Assembly: GCA_964016885.1 (NCBI GenBank)
Contig: CAXHJY010000359.1
Span: forward strand, 11,057 to 75,056
Reading direction: 5' to 3'
Source of the DNA: Eledone cirrhosa
Lineage: Eukaryota
DNA: 64,000 nucleotides
Position 1 is the first letter of the stretch, and every line of letters starts with the position of its first letter. The translations under genes and the position numbers were made by a program. Under the pieces are notes generated by a model. That model searched no databases, was not told the origin of the DNA, and was given only the letters and a program-made list of their open reading frames with translations. Shown one piece after another: positions 58,003-64,000 of this stretch.

Positions 58003-58762
58003 TTAATTTGTTTGTTTGTTAATGGCAGCAATGGGAGTTTGTGCAGTGGGGTGATAGTGGAGGGTGGTGCTGGGTGATAGCTCGAATGTTTTTTCCAGTT
58101 CTTTTGCCAGATTCATTATGGCTAAAAAAGAGGAAGAAGTTTCCTGTTTAGAAGACTGTTGGTGACTGTGGTAGTGGTTATTTTTATGTAGGTTATGGTT
58201 TTTGTTTTTGCTTTTATTTTTAATTTTATTTTCATTTGTCCGACGGGTCCCCGGGAGATGGGTAAAGGGACAATCCCGGTCTAAACACAATCTGTCTCGC
58301 AGGGAAAAAACGGCAGATTTGTGGATTCCTTGTTTGAGTTATTGGTGGTTGTGTTGGTGTTAAATTAGAGTATGTATTATGGTGGTGGCTGTTTGTGGGG
58401 ATAGATCGTTTTGTCCTAGGTAAATGGGTGAATTTGCAGCCACTATCCGTACATATTCTATAGCGTAGAGAGTAGCGGCAAATGATGGGGTTTCGAGTGG
58501 GTGGGTATGTGGGTGTGTGTGTTGTGAGAGGTGTAGATGATGGTTTGGGTAGGATTTGACGACCTTTGTGGACTGTGGGAGGGAGAGTTCTTGTTCTGGT
58601 ATTAGAAGGTAAATTCCTTGACATAGCAGTAGACAAAAATGTTGTAGTAGTAGTAGTAGGCAGAGATGTTGGCAGTGGTGATGATTGGACTGCTGGGCCA
58701 GAGAAAGGATGTGGCGTTTCATGCTGTGAGACAGAGGCTACTGGGGGGGTCAATAGTTTCAT
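58003..58762 (-). pseudogene. LINE ORF1 with two C-x8-C-x4-C-x3-H fingers and one +1 frameshift
   Basis: CRYSLRYRICTDSGCKFTH. Removing one T at ~58305 gives a second finger, CRFSLRDRLCLDRDCPFTH. Confidence 0.75.
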
Positions 58763-58800
58763 TTAGTAGATCGGCCATTGTTGATGAATCAAGGAGTGGT

Positions 58801-60400
<1,600 letters not shown>

Positions 60401-60556
60401 TTGTTATACTTTGGGAGGGTCATGTTGCCAATAAGAAACACACGCACCAGTTGCTTTCACTTCAATTTAATTTATTATATATTTATAAATTTACAAATTT
60501 ATAAAATTCTGGTTGGTTGGTTGGTTCCACAACCAGATAGTTGTTTATATATATAT

Positions 60557-60601
60557 AGTCATAGTTCTTTCGTCACACACTCTGTGACCTCTTCAGTGAC
60601 T
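60557..60601 (-). ncRNA. Minimal type I hammerhead ribozyme in the Penelope pseudo-LTR
   Basis: Minus strand AGTCA-CTGAAGA-G-GTCACA(GAGTG)TGTGAC-GAAA-GAAC-TA-TGACT. Stems I and II are perfect. Confidence 0.8.
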
Positions 60602-60837
60602 GGGGATTTCTTTCTTCGTTTCTGTGCCTTTCTTTTCTTCTATCCTACGCCATTTTGTTTGTGTGTGGGTTGCGTGCTCCGTTTGCGCATGCGCCACATC
60701 CGGGTGTCTGTGTGTGTTTGTGTTCATTTTTCTATTTTTCTATTTATATTTTTCTATTTGTTTGTTTATTTATTTATTTATTGTTGGTTGGTTGTTTGGT
60801 TGTTTATTCTATGTGTGTGTGTGTTTTCATTTTGTCC

Positions 60838-63546
60838 TTAATTGTAAGTTGTGATGTTGCTGTTCCACTCATATTTTCTATTTAATTTTGGTTTTAATTC
60901 TTTTATGCTTACTGCCTCTGTAATTTGCCTAAACATTGCGTCTTTCTTGTGTGTGGATTCTATTTTTATTTCTATGCTCTCTAATTTACCCCTGTGTTCT
61001 ATCTTAGCATGTTGGTAGAGCACAGATGCTTCTTTATTATCTTGGAGGTCTCGCCAGTGTTCATTTATTCGTTCCCCTATACTACGAGCTGTCTCACCTA
61101 TGTACACTATATTTTTGTTTCTACATTGTCCTTCAGTACATCTTATGCTATATACTACATTTCTAGTTTTACAGTTAATATGGGGGCTTATTTTACAGGT
61201 TATACATTTCTTATCTATACATGAGGGTCTTTGGAACGGGTATGTCTTGCTAATAAGTGTTTTTACGGAGGTACCAGGTCTTTCTACTATCTTAATATTG
61301 AGATTATGTTTCTTTAGGGCCCTTCTAAATTTGTAGGCTAGTTCGCCTCTAGGGGTTGTATTGATGAACATTACACTCTGGTATTTATTGCTATCATACC
61401 ATGAGTTTATTCTATTGGCCTTGTTCTTAGTTCTTTCTATTCTCTTCCAAAATTTGCTCCTATACAAGGGGCAGGTCCCATTTATGTCATTATTTACCAT
61501 TTTTTCCCATTTGGTTCTGGCTCCTTTATACACTCTGATTCTATCTCTCTGATTGTAGCCAGAGAACTGCATACGGTGGATGAAGTGTTGTATGTGTCTC
61601 TCTAGTTCTTCGGGCTTGCACATGCGGGACACATTTCTCATCACCCGTACCAAATCCGCAATCAGTATGTTGATTTTGGTATGGTCCGAAATGGCCGAGT
61701 TTCGGTGGATCAGATGTTTGGAAGTCATGGGTTTGGCATAATGGGAATGGAGGATTTGTTTTTGGTTGTTAATTGTATCTAACCAGAGCTCTGTGTCTAG
61801 TACAGGTAATCGATGGTTGGGGTGTCTACTTGGGTAGTCTATAGTAACTCTAATGCTCTGGTGGATGGAGTTTGCTATTTGCTGGATGCTTTCCATTGTG
61901 TTTTTCTCTAGTTCCTGACTGTTCTTTAGTGGGGGTGTCTTAACTACGATGTTTATATCATCTACGTAGCGGGAGTACATTATCAGGGTTAAGCTGTCTT
62001 CTAATTGTTCATTAAGTTTTTGTTTAAGTCTACTGTCCCACCATACCATGAATAAGTTAGCTATGTCGCCTGCAATGCTAACACCAATGGCTGCTCCTTC
62101 CTCTTGGGCATATGTTTTACCATTAAATTTGAACATATGTTCCTTAAGGGTTAATTTTATGCTGGCCCCTACCGCATGTGCAATCATTTTCTTCAGTTCA
62201 TCGTGGTTTTCGGGTGTCCGTATGGCTCTGGTCCACCCGTTCCATCTATCTGTGTGGGTTTTCTTGGCCATTGAGGTAATGGTAGGTGGTCTGCCTCTTG
62301 CTGGTCTTGTAGGGCACAGGTTGCTAAGGTCATAAGTGTCTAGGTAACTATTACTATGGGTAAGCTTAAGTAGAAGTCCCAGCTCACTGGTATCAATCCC
62401 ACGGAACTCAACCTTGCTCTCGCTGATCATTTCGATGCATTTCTCCACAGCAAAATCCACGTCAATAGATGGATATAGGGACACAACATCCATACTGCCT
62501 ATTATGCAGTTTGTTAGGTCCCCAGATCGGTTACCCGCGCCGATTCTGCTGAGGAGGTCCTCCGTGCTGTCACACACATCTGGGGACATCTCAATGATGG
62601 GGCGTATGATCAGGGAGAGGAAGTAGGACAGTCTGTAGTTACTAGCAATGTTAGCCCCACAGACTGGCCGTGTTGGTGGTCCCGCGACAGGGTCCCAGCC
62701 CGTTTTATGGTCTTTTCGAAGCCCATACAACGCCGGCACGTCATTGTTCCAGGCCAGGAAGTTGTTGGCAGTCCTTTTGTTGGGCTGCATTATATTTGTC
62801 CACATCACCATATGTGCATTGAGGGTTTTTTCTCTATCCTCATGCTCCTGTGGTGTTACCTCTCTTGTGTTAGTGATGTGGGGTTGCATTGCCTGGATGT
62901 AGTTTGGCAGGCTGTCAACCGACATTCTGCCAGACTTGTCTGTTGGAAAGCATGCTATCTCTCCATTACGCGAGCGCTGCATGAGCTTACGCAAGCCATT
63001 TGCAGATTCTTCTCCCAGTTGCTGGGCCTCTATTCTATTATGCTTCTTGCTATACTGTTCTATAATATTTCTAAGTTCGGATTTAGCTATACTAAATTGT
63101 GCTTCTGTTTGTTCATCGACCTGCGACGGCAACTGCGTGCGTTTGTTAAATGGCAAAGTCGTGGCGTGGACTCGTCGTAGGTCGAATGATTTATCGGAGG
63201 GGTTATAAAACGGAGAGTTCCAGGCTGCTGCTTTATGTGTACTAGTGCTATTGTTATTGTTAGTTGTGTTGTTTCTATTTCCACCAACAGCAGCAGCCTC
63301 AGCTTCATGGTTGTTTCTATGTCTCTCATAATTACTCCTGTCTCTTTCCACTGGCTCAATGTTGTTATCTACCCTATTTTGTGTGTCTGTGTGTTCGTCT
63401 TGGTTATTCTCTTTGTCCTTAGTCTCCCATCTCCTTCTCCTTTTAATCCTATTACTTTCTCTTATTTCTCTGATTTCTGTGCTACTGTCATTACTTGTTT
63501 TCTGAGTCTGTGTGTTTGTTAAGATTGTGGTGGTGGTGAGAGGCAT
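60838..63546 (-). CDS. Penelope-like reverse transcriptase plus GIY-YIG endonuclease
   Basis: 902 aa. RT motifs [41 protein letters not shown] and LPVLD. Cys linker CIDKKCITC. Endonuclease motifs VVY...YIGET.R...RINEH, H...H and EAVSI...P.LN. Confidence 0.93.
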   Translation of the reverse strand: MPLTTTTILTNTQTQKTSNDSSTEIREIRESNRIKRRRRWETKDKENNQDEHTDTQNRVDNNIEPVERDRSNYERHRNNHEAEAAAVGGNRNNTTNNNNSTSTHKAAAWNSPFYNPSDKSFDLRRVHATTLPFNKRTQLPSQVDEQTEAQFSIAKSELRNIIEQYSKKHNRIEAQQLGEESANGLRKLMQRSRNGEIACFPTDKSGRMSVDSLPNYIQAMQPHITNTREVTPQEHEDREKTLNAHMVMWTNIMQPNKRTANNFLAWNNDVPALYGLRKDHKTGWDPVAGPPTRPVCGANIASNYRLSYFLSLIIRPIIEMSPDVCDSTEDLLSRIGAGNRSGDLTNCIIGSMDVVSLYPSIDVDFAVEKCIEMISESKVEFRGIDTSELGLLLKLTHSNSYLDTYDLSNLCPTRPARGRPPTITSMAKKTHTDRWNGWTRAIRTPENHDELKKMIAHAVGASIKLTLKEHMFKFNGKTYAQEEGAAIGVSIAGDIANLFMVWWDSRLKQKLNEQLEDSLTLIMYSRYVDDINIVVKTPPLKNSQELEKNTMESIQQIANSIHQSIRVTIDYPSRHPNHRLPVLDTELWLDTINNQKQILHSHYAKPMTSKHLIHRNSAISDHTKINILIADLVRVMRNVSRMCKPEELERHIQHFIHRMQFSGYNQRDRIRVYKGARTKWEKMVNNDINGTCPLYRSKFWKRIERTKNKANRINSWYDSNKYQSVMFINTTPRGELAYKFRRALKKHNLNIKIVERPGTSVKTLISKTYPFQRPSCIDKKCITCKISPHINCKTRNVVYSIRCTEGQCRNKNIVYIGETARSIGERINEHWRDLQDNKEASVLYQHAKIEHRGKLESIEIKIESTHKKDAMFRQITEAVSIKELKPKLNRKYEWNSNITTYN

Positions 63547-63971
63547 TGAATGCGTGTGTGTTGTTGTTGATGTGTGTTGTTGTTGTCTCCGTGTGTGTTA
63601 TCGTTGTTGTGTGTGTTGTTGTTGTTGTTTGTGTTTGTGTGTCTGTTGTTGTTGTATCTAGGTATGTTGCTATTGTTGTTGTTGTTGATGTGTGTGTTGT
63701 TATTGTTGTCTCCGTGTGTGTTGTTATTGTTGTTTGTGTCTGCGTGTCTGTTGTATCTGGGTATGTTGCTATTGTTGTTGTTATTGTTGTTTGTGTCTGT
63801 GTGTCTGTTGTTGTTGGGATGTGTGTTGTATATGTGTGTGCGTATATTGTTGTTTTTGTTTTTGATGCTCCAGCGTAGTTTCGTAAATGATTTTTCTATT
63901 TCTGACAGACAACTAATCATATTTACCTTCTTGAATGTCGCAAATTTGGGTGGCAGACGTAACACAGACAT
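63519..63971 (-). CDS. Out-of-frame N-terminal part of the Penelope ORF with an Asn-rich repeat insert
   Basis: SVLRLPPKFA (PLE N-terminal motif)...KLRW, followed by (AAC)n/NTH repeats. Confidence 0.6.
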   Translation of the reverse strand: MSVLRLPPKFATFKKVNMISCLSEIEKSFTKLRWSIKNKNNNIRTHIYNTHPNNNRHTDTNNNNNNNSNIPRYNRHADTNNNNNTHGDNNNNTHINNNNNSNIPRYNNNRHTNTNNNNNTHNNDNTHGDNNNTHQQQHTRIQCLSPPPQS

Positions 63972-64000
63972 TTCATTATTATCTATTTCCGTGTTTCCAT

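Larger units (their letters stand above)
55027..58800 (-). mobile_element. Young, nearly complete CR1/L2-group (Proto2-like) LINE, probably 5'-truncated in ORF1
   Basis: ORF1 has CCCH fingers, ORF2 has APE plus RT, and the 3' end runs into the microsatellite. The clade name is tentative. Confidence 0.9.
60401..64000 (-). mobile_element. Penelope-like retroelement (endonuclease-positive), 5' end beyond the window
   Basis: RT plus GIY-YIG ORF, an N-terminal LRLPPKFA motif, and a hammerhead in the 3' pseudo-LTR region. Confidence 0.92.

Overview
Repeat-dominated eukaryotic DNA with no recognisable host protein-coding gene. The SINE families and the giant (TA)/(TATG) microsatellites point to an octopus or other coleoid cephalopod; this is inferred from recall, not from a search. 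From 5.3 to 31.4 kb lies a dense, partly duplicated graveyard of transposon fragments (mariner, CRE, many R2-like, RTE). Every protein-coding fragment I could orient there is on the minus strand, which resembles a uni-strand, flamenco-like piRNA cluster. From 43.8 to 46.6 kb there is a hotspot of type I hammerhead ribozyme motifs and long inverted repeats. It includes two tandem hammerheads that would release a ~244-nt, highly self-complementary, retrozyme-like RNA. From 55 to 64 kb there is a young CR1/L2-group (Proto2-like) LINE with CCCH zinc fingers in ORF1. Beyond it is a Penelope-like element with an intact 902-aa RT plus GIY-YIG ORF and its own minimal hammerhead. Most long ORFs in the track are microsatellite artefacts. 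Boundaries of degenerate fragments are approximate.
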